The translations under genes and the position numbers were made by a program. The notes beneath the pieces are model-generated. The model had not been told where the DNA came from. It saw only the letters and a program-made list of their open reading frames with translations, and ran no database searches. Of a stretch of DNA of 64,000 nucleotides, positions 1 through 9,670 are shown piece after piece. How positions within the stretch are numbered: the stretch's first letter is position 1; each line of letters begins with the position of its first letter. Origin of the DNA: an uncultured Parcubacteria group bacterium (GTDB lineage Bacteria; Patescibacteriota; Patescibacteriia; UBA9934; CAMTUG01); contig CAMTUG010000003.1 in assembly GCA_947084965.1 (NCBI GenBank), positions 360 to 64,359 of the forward strand, given 5' to 3'.

Positions 1-1
1 G

Positions 2-1045
2 CGCCGACAGATCGATCATCAGCGAAAAGACGTTGACCCGTCCTTTTTCTGCCATACCGAGCGTTTCATAGAATGCTCGGGTGATGTAGGAAAAACCGAC
101 GTCACTCATAACAGCAAGCTTGCCCGGATTCTGACAGTGCCCCGGATAAATCCCTTGCGGCACCTGGACGACCGAACCAAAGACGTCAAAGCTCTCCAAA
201 GACTGAGATGACCCCCCAACGGCCGGCGTCCACGGCTGATAGGTGATCGGTGCGCCCGGAGAAACATGCACAACAAACCCTAAGTCGTGAGCGACTTCAA
301 AGATACGACCAAACGACCCGCCGTCTGCAAACGTGACGACTGAACAATCACAGAGCGCCTCCGCGTCAATTTGAAATTCGTGTAACACGAGCAACCAAGT
401 GCCGTACGGGATCTCAGCATCGGGCTCACTTTGCGGAAACAACTCAGTGCGGTCGACGTTCAGCCCGATTTCGTGTCCACCCTCGGCCCACGTCGCAAGT
501 TCGGTAACTATCTGAGTGTTGGCTGCAGAAACAAACGTCGGAGAAACAAGGATGGTGAGTTTAACTTTGTGCGCATCAGCAATATCTACAAGTTCTGTAA
601 GCGTTGAAAGATCCTCGAGACGATCAATCGCTACGATTACCACGAGCGAAGTCTTTTCATCGACCACGGCCGGACGTTCTATCGTTGGAGACAGGGCGTT
701 GGTCTCCGCGTTAAAACACTCTTCGGTAATGCCGGTATAATGCGCGGATGAAACCACCTCGCGCGAAACAGAGGTGTAAGAGTAGACCGGCAGAGACTCG
801 CTCGCGTCCGGACCAGTGAAGGCCTCCTCGGAAGCGCGTTCATCCTTTGATGTGTCCGTCATTTCGACCGCGCTCGTTGCTGCCTGCTCCTCGATCAGTC
901 GAGAACGGTAGAGAGTGACAAAAAGGGCGAGGAGTGTGCTGAAAATAAAGAGAGCGATCAAGACGTAGACCCAAGGAGCCGGTCGGGCCTTTGGTGGCTC
1001 GACCGGACCAGGCGTTGCCGGGATCGGCAACGGTTCGACCTCCAT
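2..1045 (-). CDS. Membrane-anchored polysaccharide deacetylase (NodB)-like protein, runs off window start
   Basis: Manually translated (absent from ORF track): MEVEPLPIPATPG...WVYVLIALLIFSTLLALFVTLY (TM)...HKVKLTILVSP...WAEGGHEIGLN; GGAGG upstream of ATG at 1045. Confidence 0.5.
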   Translation of the reverse strand, partial: MEVEPLPIPATPGPVEPPKARPAPWVYVLIALFIFSTLLALFVTLYRSRLIEEQAATSAVEMTDTSKDERASEEAFTGPDASESLPVYSYTSVSREVVSSAHYTGITEECFNAETNALSPTIERPAVVDEKTSLVVIVAIDRLEDLSTLTELVDIADAHKVKLTILVSPTFVSAANTQIVTELATWAEGGHEIGLNVDRTELFPQSEPDAEIPYGTWLLVLHEFQIDAEALCDCSVVTFADGGSFGRIFEVAHDLGFVVHVSPGAPITYQPWTPAVGGSSQSLESFDVFGSVVQVPQGIYPGHCQNPGKLAVMSDVGFSYITRAFYETLGMAEKGRVNVFSLMIDLSA

Positions 1046-1123
1046 GATCTTTTTCCTCCGTGGGGGTGAAGCAGACCGTATTGTGGTACGCTTCTTCTCA
1101 GACATAACGCTATTTTATCACGT

Positions 1124-1528
1124 ATGCTACCGATTCGCATCATCGCCGTCAGTAAAATGCCACGTGGGCCGTATCAAGAAGTCACGGAGCAATATAAAAA
1201 GTATTTAAAGGCATTTGCTCGTCTGGAGATTCTCGAAGTGAAAGAGCTCGCAGAGCTCCCTGCAGGGGCGATTCTCCTCGACGAGCGCGGCAAAGAGATG
1301 GAATCAAAAGCGTTCGCCAAGTTCGTCGGTGGATTCGAAGATCGCGGCGAGCCGATCACGTTTGTCATCGGCGGGCCGTTCGGGTTTGAAGAAGCGACCA
1401 AAAAACAGGCGCGACACACCCTACGCCTGTCCACCATGACCCTCCCCCATGACCTCGCCCGCATCGTCCTCCTGGAGCAGCTCTACCGTGCCTTCACTAT
1501 TTTGCGAGGTAAAACGTACCACTATTAG
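1124..1528 (+). CDS. rlmH: 23S rRNA (pseudouridine1915-N3)-methyltransferase
   Basis: SPOUT motifs LDERGK, FVIGGPFG, LSTMTLPHDLARIVLLEQLYRA, C-terminal YHY. Confidence 0.93.
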   Translation: MLPIRIIAVSKMPRGPYQEVTEQYKKYLKAFARLEILEVKELAELPAGAILLDERGKEMESKAFAKFVGGFEDRGEPITFVIGGPFGFEEATKKQARHTLRLSTMTLPHDLARIVLLEQLYRAFTILRGKTYHY

Positions 1529-1530
1529 CT

Positions 1531-3093
1531 ATGTCGGAATTAAAAGAAGCACGGGGACACCAAACAGATACAGCGAAACAACAAACCACACCCGCCTCAC
1601 AAGAACGAACCCCCGTCCTTGATCGTGAAACAAATACCTTTGATGTTCCAAAAATCGAACGACAGATGGGCTATCTCACCATGATCGTCGCTGAAGAGAT
1701 GCGTAAAGATGAAGCACTCCGCGATGCGATCATGACCTTTGCCGCCACTCCCCTTACCGAAGAACTCCCAAACGCTTTTGTGGAGCAGATCGAGGCGACG
1801 GGAAACGAACGCATCGCTGCCTTTCTTTCAAGCGAAGGTCTGGAATTGAAGCCGTTTATTGCCCTACCCGCTGTGCCCGAAGAACTACTCACACCAGACA
1901 TTGTGAACGCCCCGAGTTATGAAAAATCAGGGACAAGTACCTGGAGTCCTGAAGGACGCGCCGGAGTCACCTCCGAAGAACGCAAACTCGTCGGATCTCG
2001 TTTTGTTTTCGCTCGCTACGTAAAACGTTTGGCGCTTGGAGCTGAACTATTAGCTAACCCGCAACTAACCAAAGGGAACACATCCGGACGGGTTGAACTA
2101 CCGAGCGGGATCAAAGTCACGTTCGACCCAAAAAAGACCAACGAGGCACAATCACTTATGGATCCGACGGGTTGGAAAACCAATCGCCAGATTAAAGATC
2201 GGGTCTATGAAGTTTCAGCAGGGAATGAACGCCATATTCTTAAGGAACGAAAGACAAATAGACACCTGCACGTGAAAAAGAATGGGCACACCGACGGATT
2301 AACGACCAAGCAGGAGTATGCGACGGCTCGGTTTTTCGAATCGATCAGCCCCATCACGGAAGGTGACGTCCGCGTTCGTTTTGAGGAGGCTGTCGGGTAT
2401 GTAGAATTTCCAGACGGCTATTCGTTCACCTTATTCAGAAATGAAGAGGGGCTTTGGCCGATCGGAGAACACGGAACAGGGAGCAACCGCGTGACCGCGC
2501 GGTTCGCTCAACTGATCGAAGAACATCCAGAATCGTTTCAGCAGGAGTTCAAGGAAGCTGTCACTGAAGTGGAGATGATTATGAAATCAAAAACGTTTGC
2601 TGGACAACGTGTCCAGTTACCGTTTCGACTGTTCTCGAAATTTCCTCCCCTTACGTTCAAACAGTTTGCCCGCGTCCAAGCCATTTCCGATATGGAACGC
2701 GCCCAAGCCCTACTCGATGAAACACAGATCAAGCACGGGTTCCGCAACACCGACCATGACGGCTTTGCCTACAAGCTCTATCGCGGCGATCAAAAACGCC
2801 GTCCATCGCTTGAGCTTGTCGGATTCGACTTTGAATACTTCTCATTCAATCGCCCGCCCGAACAACGCAATCAGGAGATCGGGCGTCTACGCCGCTTCGA
2901 TGTCATGGGCAAACTCCAAATGCTCGTCAACCATCTCCGCTACTACGCCGCAGATGAGGAACCCCTCTCTCCCCAAGAAGTGATTTATTACTTGGCCGTC
3001 ATGCAAAAAACGTATCCTGAAATGACCGAGATTGTTGAGGAGATGAAACGCGAAGATCCGGATTTCATCTTCGACTTGCAGTACGTGCGCTAG
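1531..3093 (+). CDS. Hypothetical protein, possible divergent kinase-like C-terminal half
   Basis: 520 aa ORF directly after rlmH; ILKE, NTDHDG and GFDFEY segments weakly recall kinase-like motifs. Confidence 0.6.
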   Translation: MSELKEARGHQTDTAKQQTTPASQERTPVLDRETNTFDVPKIERQMGYLTMIVAEEMRKDEALRDAIMTFAATPLTEELPNAFVEQIEATGNERIAAFLSSEGLELKPFIALPAVPEELLTPDIVNAPSYEKSGTSTWSPEGRAGVTSEERKLVGSRFVFARYVKRLALGAELLANPQLTKGNTSGRVELPSGIKVTFDPKKTNEAQSLMDPTGWKTNRQIKDRVYEVSAGNERHILKERKTNRHLHVKKNGHTDGLTTKQEYATARFFESISPITEGDVRVRFEEAVGYVEFPDGYSFTLFRNEEGLWPIGEHGTGSNRVTARFAQLIEEHPESFQQEFKEAVTEVEMIMKSKTFAGQRVQLPFRLFSKFPPLTFKQFARVQAISDMERAQALLDETQIKHGFRNTDHDGFAYKLYRGDQKRRPSLELVGFDFEYFSFNRPPEQRNQEIGRLRRFDVMGKLQMLVNHLRYYAADEEPLSPQEVIYYLAVMQKTYPEMTEIVEEMKREDPDFIFDLQYVR

Positions 3094-3683
3094 CGAAAGG
3101 ACTTATAGGCGTCGGGAAGGGTGGCGCCCGGTTGAATTTCAGGAAGCGGTTCAGATTTTTTGAGAACCGTATCAAGCAGGATTTTGTATTCGGCATCCAT
3201 GTAGTGATCGTTGCCTGTCGACTCCACCAACTCGGCTTGGAGCATCTTTTGATACTTCTGTGCATGATCAAATGGGACGAGTTTGTCGTCCTTATCGTGG
3301 ACGACGACAAATTCTTTCGTCTTCCACATCACCACTTCATAATCAAATTCAGACAGGAACATGTTGCGCGTCTTTTCACTCTTCGTCTGGTACGGCGCCC
3401 CGACCAAAATAACGGCGCGCGGGGTAGCCATCGCTTCGGCCGCTTCGAGGTAGCGCAGAGCGAGCACCGCACCGAGCGAATGACCGAGGAGAATCGTTTC
3501 ATCGTCCAGCTGACCGACCTCTTTGATCAACGCATCGATACAAGCGAGCACATCGACTTCGCCTTCGAGCGGAATCTTCGGGGCGATCACTTCAAACCCG
3601 CGCTCGCGCAGTTCGTTGGCGAGCCACGGATGGAAGTTTTGATCTGGGCCTGAATTGTATCCGTGAATCAGGACGATTCTCAT
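3090..3683 (-). CDS. Alpha/beta hydrolase, RBBP9/YdeN family
   Basis: IHGY, GHSLG nucleophile elbow, HDKDD..VP, C-terminal His. Confidence 0.88.
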   Translation of the reverse strand: MRIVLIHGYNSGPDQNFHPWLANELRERGFEVIAPKIPLEGEVDVLACIDALIKEVGQLDDETILLGHSLGAVLALRYLEAAEAMATPRAVILVGAPYQTKSEKTRNMFLSEFDYEVVMWKTKEFVVVHDKDDKLVPFDHAQKYQKMLQAELVESTGNDHYMDAEYKILLDTVLKKSEPLPEIQPGATLPDAYKSFR

Positions 3684-4114
3684 AATCCTTTGATGTAGAA
3701 CGTTTCCTTGCGAGACTTCTTGAACGCTTCGAGTCGAGCGTGAGACGTTTCTGAAATAGGACTCGGCAGCTCGTTAAGTGGGAACCACTGGATCCTATCT
3801 ATTTCGTCGTTCTCTGTCCACTCTCCCCCGGTGATCGTTGCTTCGAAAATGAACATCGATTGGCCTTTGTCGACAAACCGATCATGCATGCCGGCAAGTC
3901 GCACAATCTCCACGTCAAACCCCGTTTCTTCTTTTGTCTCCCGCACCGCGGCTTGTTCAGCCGACTCCCCCACCTCGATCCCGCCACCCGGGAGCATCCA
4001 CACGTGCCGCTCTCCCTGAAAGCCGAGAAGCACCTCATCGCGATCATTCACCATGATCGCGTATGCTCCCGCTCCATAAACGTGCGGCCACTGTGATTGC
4101 TGTACAACGGACAT
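3680..4114 (-). CDS. NUDIX hydrolase
   Basis: Nudix box GGGIEVGESAEQAAVRETKEETG. Confidence 0.9.
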   Translation of the reverse strand: MSVVQQSQWPHVYGAGAYAIMVNDRDEVLLGFQGERHVWMLPGGGIEVGESAEQAAVRETKEETGFDVEIVRLAGMHDRFVDKGQSMFIFEATITGGEWTENDEIDRIQWFPLNELPSPISETSHARLEAFKKSRKETFYIKGL

Positions 4115-4115
4115 A

Positions 4116-4613
4116 TTAACTTAGTTCGTTACCGCACTCTAAATAAAGACATGTTTTTCTTCGCATCGCTTTGAGACACTTTGGGAGCCGATGAGCCAGG
4201 CGCGGATTCAACACTTTTAGTGCTCGCTTCGTCGTTACAAAAGCAAACTCTGCGTGTTCTGCTGGATCAAGTTTAATCCGTTTAATCTGTGCATCTGTCA
4301 AACGCCCACCATTAAAGATAAATTGAAACGAATCATCTTTGATAACTTTATCTGTGACTCCTTTGTAATCTACGCATAATAAATTCCCGAGACGTTTAAT
4401 CTTCAGACCAAGCTCTTCCTTGATCTCACGTATACATGCTTCAGTCGGGGATTCACCTTCGTCCACAATACCGCCAGGGATGATCCACCCGTCACGATAC
4501 GTCGTTTTTAAAATCAACACCCGCCCTTGTCGATCAAAAAACAGGACCCCTGAACCGCTTGGCTTGCGGTGCAGGCTTCTGAAGTATTGCGCATACGGCA
4601 GAATCTTTTTCAT
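4116..4613 (-). CDS. NUDIX hydrolase
   Basis: Nudix box GGIVDEGESPTEACIREIKEELG; start MKKILP chosen for its ATGA overlap with the upstream stop. Confidence 0.88.
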   Translation of the reverse strand: MKKILPYAQYFRSLHRKPSGSGVLFFDRQGRVLILKTTYRDGWIIPGGIVDEGESPTEACIREIKEELGLKIKRLGNLLCVDYKGVTDKVIKDDSFQFIFNGGRLTDAQIKRIKLDPAEHAEFAFVTTKRALKVLNPRLAHRLPKCLKAMRRKTCLYLECGNELS

Positions 4614-5032
4614 ACTTCGGCGAGCAAAGCTCCCATCCCCGCTTGGAGGACGTGACCATCTTTTAGCGGAATCCAGAAACATTCGAAACGGGTCGGGGGG
4701 TGCTGACCATCATGTTGCTCCTCGCTCGACCAGCGTTCTGGAAGCTCGGCGGTTGGTCGTACTAGAAAGAAATGACGTTCGTGGATTTCGTCACGGCTCG
4801 GGGCCATGTTGTACATTGCGGTTCCGACTTCGCGCACGATTTCGAAGCAATCACGCCCCGTTTCCTCGATGAGTTCTCGCAATGCTGCAGCTTCGATCAA
4901 TTCCCCGTCTCGGACGGAACCTCCTGGCACCTGAATCCCCACCTGTTCATAGGAGAAATCAACATGCCGCAAGACGAGCAGCTCGTCATCCTTCACAACA
5001 TAGACCAAAACTTTTAATTTGATCTCCGCCAC
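4610..5032 (-). CDS. NUDIX hydrolase
   Basis: Nudix box GGSVRDGELIEAAALRELIEETG; GTG start. Confidence 0.88.
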   Translation of the reverse strand: MAEIKLKVLVYVVKDDELLVLRHVDFSYEQVGIQVPGGSVRDGELIEAAALRELIEETGRDCFEIVREVGTAMYNMAPSRDEIHERHFFLVRPTAELPERWSSEEQHDGQHPPTRFECFWIPLKDGHVLQAGMGALLAEV

Positions 5033-5037
5033 AACTG

Positions 5038-5280
5038 TTACTTCGCTTTGCGGATCCCGGCCACGCCGCCAAGAATCGTACCGACGATCGAGCCCATGGC
5101 CATCGCGGGCCAGTAAACATCACCGACGTCCGCCGGCATCATCTCCGGTCCGTTTCCACTCAAATACCCAACCAATGAGATGAAGTAAATCATGATCAAT
5201 CCTCCAATCGATCCGACAAAAGCGCCGATGAAGGCATGGACGAGCATGGAAACGAACGGGTCTTTCATATCGACAGTCAT
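5038..5280 (-). CDS. Small Gly-rich two-helix membrane protein
   Basis: 80 aa with two hydrophobic glycine-zipper-like segments; co-oriented with the NUDIX cluster. Confidence 0.65.
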   Translation of the reverse strand: MTVDMKDPFVSMLVHAFIGAFVGSIGGLIMIYFISLVGYLSGNGPEMMPADVGDVYWPAMAMGSIVGTILGGVAGIRKAK

Positions 5281-5305
5281 AAGGTGTGTGGGTTAATAAT
5301 TTACT

Positions 5306-5391
5306 TGGTGCTGGGGGGGAGAATCGAACTCCCACGACCTTGCGGTCACATGGTTCTAAACCATGCGTGGCTACCATTACACCACCCCAGC
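5306..5391 (-). tRNA. tRNA-Leu(TAG)
   Basis: Cloverleaf GCTGGGG/CCCCAGC-A-CCA; anticodon arm CATGG-TT-TAG-AA-CCATG; long variable arm; GTTCGATTC T-loop. Confidence 0.96.
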
Positions 5392-6039
5392 TTGCAACAA
5401 AAGAATTCTACTTGCGATCTCCCGCTTTCTTGGGAGGAAGTACTTTACATCATCATAATACATCGACTTTAGCAAACTTAATGAATCTTTATTACCAAAA
5501 CACAGATAATAGCAAAATTCCCCAGAATGACATTTTGATGAGCTGATCCAGCCGCGGTTAATCTGAAAGATTGTCTTTATCTTTCCGTGGATCCACTCCA
5601 GAAAGTCACGACTAGCCGACGCAAGCCTCAGACGAATTTGAGGACGGGTGGTCTCCGGATGACTAAATGTTCCGATGGTGCCATCTCCATCGATGCATCC
5701 ACGAAAGAAATCAACGAAGTAATCATCTGGAACCTGGACTGATTTGAGCTTCCTCGACTTAGCAGCCATTAATCCAATGGACGTTAGAAATTTATAAAAA
5801 TTCTTGTCTCCGAACTGAACAATAAAATATCTTTTCTCGGTTTCTCCACCGCGGACTCTCCGACCAATAGCATTATCGAGATTGAGACATCGCTTAAAAG
5901 TCCTTGCCAATTCTCCATCCTTTGAAACGAATACTATATGCCTGCCGTCGGTCGATAAATTTCCATCAGACGTGATTAACCCAATTGCATATGCCAATTC
6001 AGGTCCCCAGTTGATGTTAACTTTAGATCTTCGTTTCAT
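5377..6039 (-). CDS. Free-standing double-motif LAGLIDADG (DOD/intein-type) endonuclease-like protein
   Basis: LAYAIGLITSDGN and FFRGCIDGDG motifs; stop codon lies inside tRNA-Leu (last 15 nt overlap). Confidence 0.85.
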   Translation of the reverse strand: MKRRSKVNINWGPELAYAIGLITSDGNLSTDGRHIVFVSKDGELARTFKRCLNLDNAIGRRVRGGETEKRYFIVQFGDKNFYKFLTSIGLMAAKSRKLKSVQVPDDYFVDFFRGCIDGDGTIGTFSHPETTRPQIRLRLASASRDFLEWIHGKIKTIFQINRGWISSSKCHSGEFCYYLCFGNKDSLSLLKSMYYDDVKYFLPRKREIASRILLLQAGVV

Positions 6040-6155
6040 GTCTTCGTTTTTACAGATACAAGGTCATTTTAGCAGAAAAGACAGGTGACATAAAGGGGGA
6101 GAAAGCGATCTTTGAATCACCAATCCTTTCTGTCAAGCATCAATCCACAGATCAA

Positions 6156-6418
6156 TGTCAGCGCGTTCTGACAAACGCACTTCTGTCAGAAATACCTGAC
6201 AAAACCGTTGACAAAGATGCTTTTTTGCGATACGATGGACTGTACATTAAATTGATTTCATGGAGGCAATGTACAACAGAGGAAGAACAAAACGGCCACC
6301 AACAAACAGGTGCACGACCCGGCAAAATCCGCCACACGTGCGCAACAATCAAGCTCGCAAAAACCATCTCACTCGCCAATCGGCGGGTGAGATTGTTTGT
6401 TGTCACGAACGTGTGACA
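6156..6418 (+). promoter_or_regulatory. Sigma70-like promoter with three TGTCA-N8-TGACA palindromes
   Basis: TTGACA(6208)-N17-TACGAT(6231); palindromes at 6156-6173, 6184-6201 and 6401-6418. Confidence 0.6.
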
Positions 6419-6471
6419 ATCCGCGCGCCGCCGCATCAAACGTTGTATCAATGGAAACTAATTCAGAACGT

Positions 6472-8868
6472 ATGAAGCAACAGAAAAAACTGAGCGAGAT
6501 CTTTTCCTGGATCCTCCTCGCAACGATGGTGCTTCCAAGACAAGCCTTAGCAGAAGAAGCGCCACGGGTGGTGATCAGTGAAGTGAACTGGGGCGGATCC
6601 GTCACAAGTAACGCGGACGAGTGGCTCGAACTGCAAAACCTCTGGGAGGAGGCGATCGACCTATCCAGCTGGTCGATCGAAGGAGCAGGTGCGAGTGGCG
6701 GCACAATCATTTTGCCAGAAGGTGCGGTGATCGAACCGTACGGCACATATCTCATCAGCAACTATGCATCGAGTGATTCCACCCTTGCCGTCGCCCCAAA
6801 CTACGTCACCACGAACGTCTCGTTATCCAATTCCGCACTGCGCCTTGTGTTACGCGCTGGAAACGGGGAGGTGGTTGACGAGGCGGGTGACGGAGGACGG
6901 CCCATGGCCGGATCCAGTCCAGGAAGCGGAGATAGCGGAACGGGCGGAGCTTCAATGATCAGAACTTCGGACGGTTGGGAGACAGCGGCCACGTCGATCG
7001 GATTCGATGACGGGGTGGAACAACTTGGCACGCCTGGCGTCGGCGATCTCCCAGTAACACGCACCATCGTCGAACCAGAACCGGAAGTTGTGACGGAAGA
7101 AACGCCTGCCACGGAAGAAGTTACTCTATCTGATGATCTTGATACGGCGGAAGAACTATCTCTGATCGAAGATGAAGTTCCAGACGCGGAGGAGCCTATT
7201 GCCGAGGAGACTTCAGCCGATGAAGAAACACCAGAATCCGTTGATGAACCTGAGGTGCTCACACCTGCGAGCTACACACGCGGCACTCTGATCATCAACG
7301 AAGTCTTCCCTGCTCCAACGGAAGGGAATGAATGGGTCGAGATCTATAATCCCTTTAACAACGTGATCCCACTTGAAGGATGGCAGTTGATCGAGGGAGG
7401 CGGAACAAAAGTTACCCTCAGGGGCTACCTCGGCTTTGGACAGTTCACGACCTTTGAGTTCGTCAGTCGGTTGAACAACAGCGGCGACACCGTGCGGCTT
7501 GTTGATCCAACAGGGGCGACGATCGATACCCTCACCTACGGTAAAGAGGTAAAGTCCGGGATGTCGGCCGCACGCGATGATGAAGGCCGCGTCGTGGCCA
7601 CGCTGACACCGACGCGCTACTCGGCAAACGTCATTACGGTGGAAGTTGTCGAGGTAAAAGAGGAGGCGGCAAAGGAAGTGAAAGTCGAAAAGAAAGCGAC
7701 TTCCGAGGAAGTTCTAGAAACAGCAAAGTCTGGACCGACAACGCTGTGGATCATCTCCCTTCTCCCTAACCCGAACGGAGCGGATGAGGAACTCGAAGAG
7801 ATTATCATCGAGAACTTTGGCGATGATCCGGTTCCTCTCGCCGACTGGATCCTGACGGACAGCGCAACCGCCTACAAACTCGTCGGCGAACTCGGGCCCG
7901 GACTCAAACTCATCCTGCCACGACCAACCACACGCATTGCTCTTAACAATACGTCGGACACACTTTCCCTCAACGCACCGAGTGGTGAGGTGATCGACAC
8001 CATTACCTATGAAGACCCAAGCGAAGACGCTCACTATGCTCGAAGTGATGAAGGATGGACGTGGACGGGAATACCTACGCCAGCTGAACCAGAAGATGTT
8101 TCGGACCCTGCCTGTGAAGGAACTGCTCCAGAGGGAGCTCGGGCAAATTCGATAACGACCACGCCCACAACGCGCACCAAAAAGAGCTCCCAAGCCACTG
8201 CCGTATTTGAAGGAGTGGTGATCGCCCCACCAGGCATCTTTGGCACCCAGGTTATGTACGGTGACGGGCTCCAGCTCTACCAGTACAACGGGGACTTTCC
8301 GATCCTCTCCGTCGGTGACGTTGTCCGGGCGCGCGGCACGCCAAGTACAAATCACGGTGAGGGTCGACTCAAACTATCGAGCGCTGATGACCTCACGGTG
8401 ATCGGTCACGAAGAGGTCGAGGCCACAGAGCAGACTCTCAACGACCTCACCGCGTTCGTCGGTCGACTCATCGTCGTCGAAGGGATGATCGTGGGACGCG
8501 CGAGCGATCGGTTTACGATCGAACAGGACGGCGCTGAGCTCGTCGTGATCGCCAAGGAATCGACCGAAATCTCACTCAATGGATTGACGATCGGGCAAGC
8601 GGTGCGCATCACCGGGGTGCTCTCGAGCTATGACGGCAAGCTGCGATTGCTCCCCCGTTTCCAAACAGACGTCGTTAACACCGTCGAACAGGAGGCGACA
8701 ACTACGTCAGCCGGAACGATCGAAGAACCAACGACACCTGCCTCGCCTCTGCGCCCGATCGGGATCGGGCTCGTCGGGTCAACCACCCTCGCCCTCGCCT
8801 GGCGCTGGATCGCTTTCCACCGCAAACAACGGATCGCCAAACTCGTCCCTCAACCCAACATCGCTTAG
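6472..8868 (+). CDS. Exported lamin-tail-domain repeat protein with OB-fold-like domains and C-terminal membrane anchor
   Basis: Signal peptide; three LTD-like units (VISEV..EWLEL.N, IINEV..EWVEIYN, IISLLPNP..EEIIIEN); OB-like GDVVRARG and VRITGVLSSYDGKLRLLPR; C-terminal TM. Confidence 0.8.
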   Translation: MKQQKKLSEIFSWILLATMVLPRQALAEEAPRVVISEVNWGGSVTSNADEWLELQNLWEEAIDLSSWSIEGAGASGGTIILPEGAVIEPYGTYLISNYASSDSTLAVAPNYVTTNVSLSNSALRLVLRAGNGEVVDEAGDGGRPMAGSSPGSGDSGTGGASMIRTSDGWETAATSIGFDDGVEQLGTPGVGDLPVTRTIVEPEPEVVTEETPATEEVTLSDDLDTAEELSLIEDEVPDAEEPIAEETSADEETPESVDEPEVLTPASYTRGTLIINEVFPAPTEGNEWVEIYNPFNNVIPLEGWQLIEGGGTKVTLRGYLGFGQFTTFEFVSRLNNSGDTVRLVDPTGATIDTLTYGKEVKSGMSAARDDEGRVVATLTPTRYSANVITVEVVEVKEEAAKEVKVEKKATSEEVLETAKSGPTTLWIISLLPNPNGADEELEEIIIENFGDDPVPLADWILTDSATAYKLVGELGPGLKLILPRPTTRIALNNTSDTLSLNAPSGEVIDTITYEDPSEDAHYARSDEGWTWTGIPTPAEPEDVSDPACEGTAPEGARANSITTTPTTRTKKSSQATAVFEGVVIAPPGIFGTQVMYGDGLQLYQYNGDFPILSVGDVVRARGTPSTNHGEGRLKLSSADDLTVIGHEEVEATEQTLNDLTAFVGRLIVVEGMIVGRASDRFTIEQDGAELVVIAKESTEISLNGLTIGQAVRITGVLSSYDGKLRLLPRFQTDVVNTVEQEATTTSAGTIEEPTTPASPLRPIGIGLVGSTTLALAWRWIAFHRKQRIAKLVPQPNIA

Positions 8869-8885
8869 TCACACAATGAACTTTT

Positions 8886-9113
8886 ATGGACACGCAAGAA
8901 ACGAACGCTCAGCAGGACCCAAAAGGTGAATCCTGGTACTCACGCATGATGCAGGCGATCACCAAGATGGGCGATCAGCTCGAATTGGCCGGAGAAAAAC
9001 GCGACGACTTCCGCGCCTTCGTGGAAATGGTCGCTCGTGAACAATTCAAGGCCGGGAATCGTTCAGGAATTATCTGGCTACGCAAGCAGATCGGACCAAC
9101 ACCAGCGGCCTAG
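8886..9113 (+). CDS. Hypothetical protein
   Basis: 75 aa ORF following the LTD gene in the same orientation. Confidence 0.6.
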   Translation: MDTQETNAQQDPKGESWYSRMMQAITKMGDQLELAGEKRDDFRAFVEMVAREQFKAGNRSGIIWLRKQIGPTPAA

Positions 9114-9193
9114 CAGATGACCTCGATGGGGGCGCAACAGGCAAAAAAACAGGCCGTTGCGCCCTTGTCCGGGGGTCGGTATAATTCGCTTGT

Positions 9194-9472
9194 ATGAAGC
9201 GTATGCCAGCAAAAATCACGATCGACGATTTGGCGGTGATGATGAATCAGCAGTTTGATCGAATCGAAAAAAGGTTTGAACAGGTCGATAAGCGATTCGA
9301 TCAAGTTGATCGTCGTTTCGAACAAATTGAGCAACGACTGGACCGTCACGATAAACAATTCACGATCATTAACCATAAACTTGACGATCTTTCGAGCGAA
9401 ACGGTGATTAATCGCGAATTTCGTGTTCTAACCGAAGCACGACTGCGCATTCTCGAAGCCAAAATCGCCTGA
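9194..9472 (+). CDS. Small coiled-coil protein with heptad repeats
   Basis: RFEQVDK-RFDQVDR-RFEQIEQ heptads; TATAAT 8 nt before ATG. Confidence 0.75.
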   Translation: MKRMPAKITIDDLAVMMNQQFDRIEKRFEQVDKRFDQVDRRFEQIEQRLDRHDKQFTIINHKLDDLSSETVINREFRVLTEARLRILEAKIA

Positions 9473-9523
9473 GATGTACGGACTTGCACGGCAGGGATGA
9501 CTTTGTTATAGTCCTCGCTGTCT

Positions 9524-9598
<75 letters not shown>

Positions 9599-9670
9599 GA
9601 AAAGACATCTGACTCGTTCAGGTGTTTTTTCTTTGTGTTACAATAGAATGGCAAAACTCATCATCATTCT

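Noticed and set aside
5306-6039. Group I intron or intein explanation for the LAGLIDADG genes
   Set aside because: Both tRNAs are contiguous and complete, no intron core was recognisable in the short flanks, and there are no intein splice-junction residues or extein.
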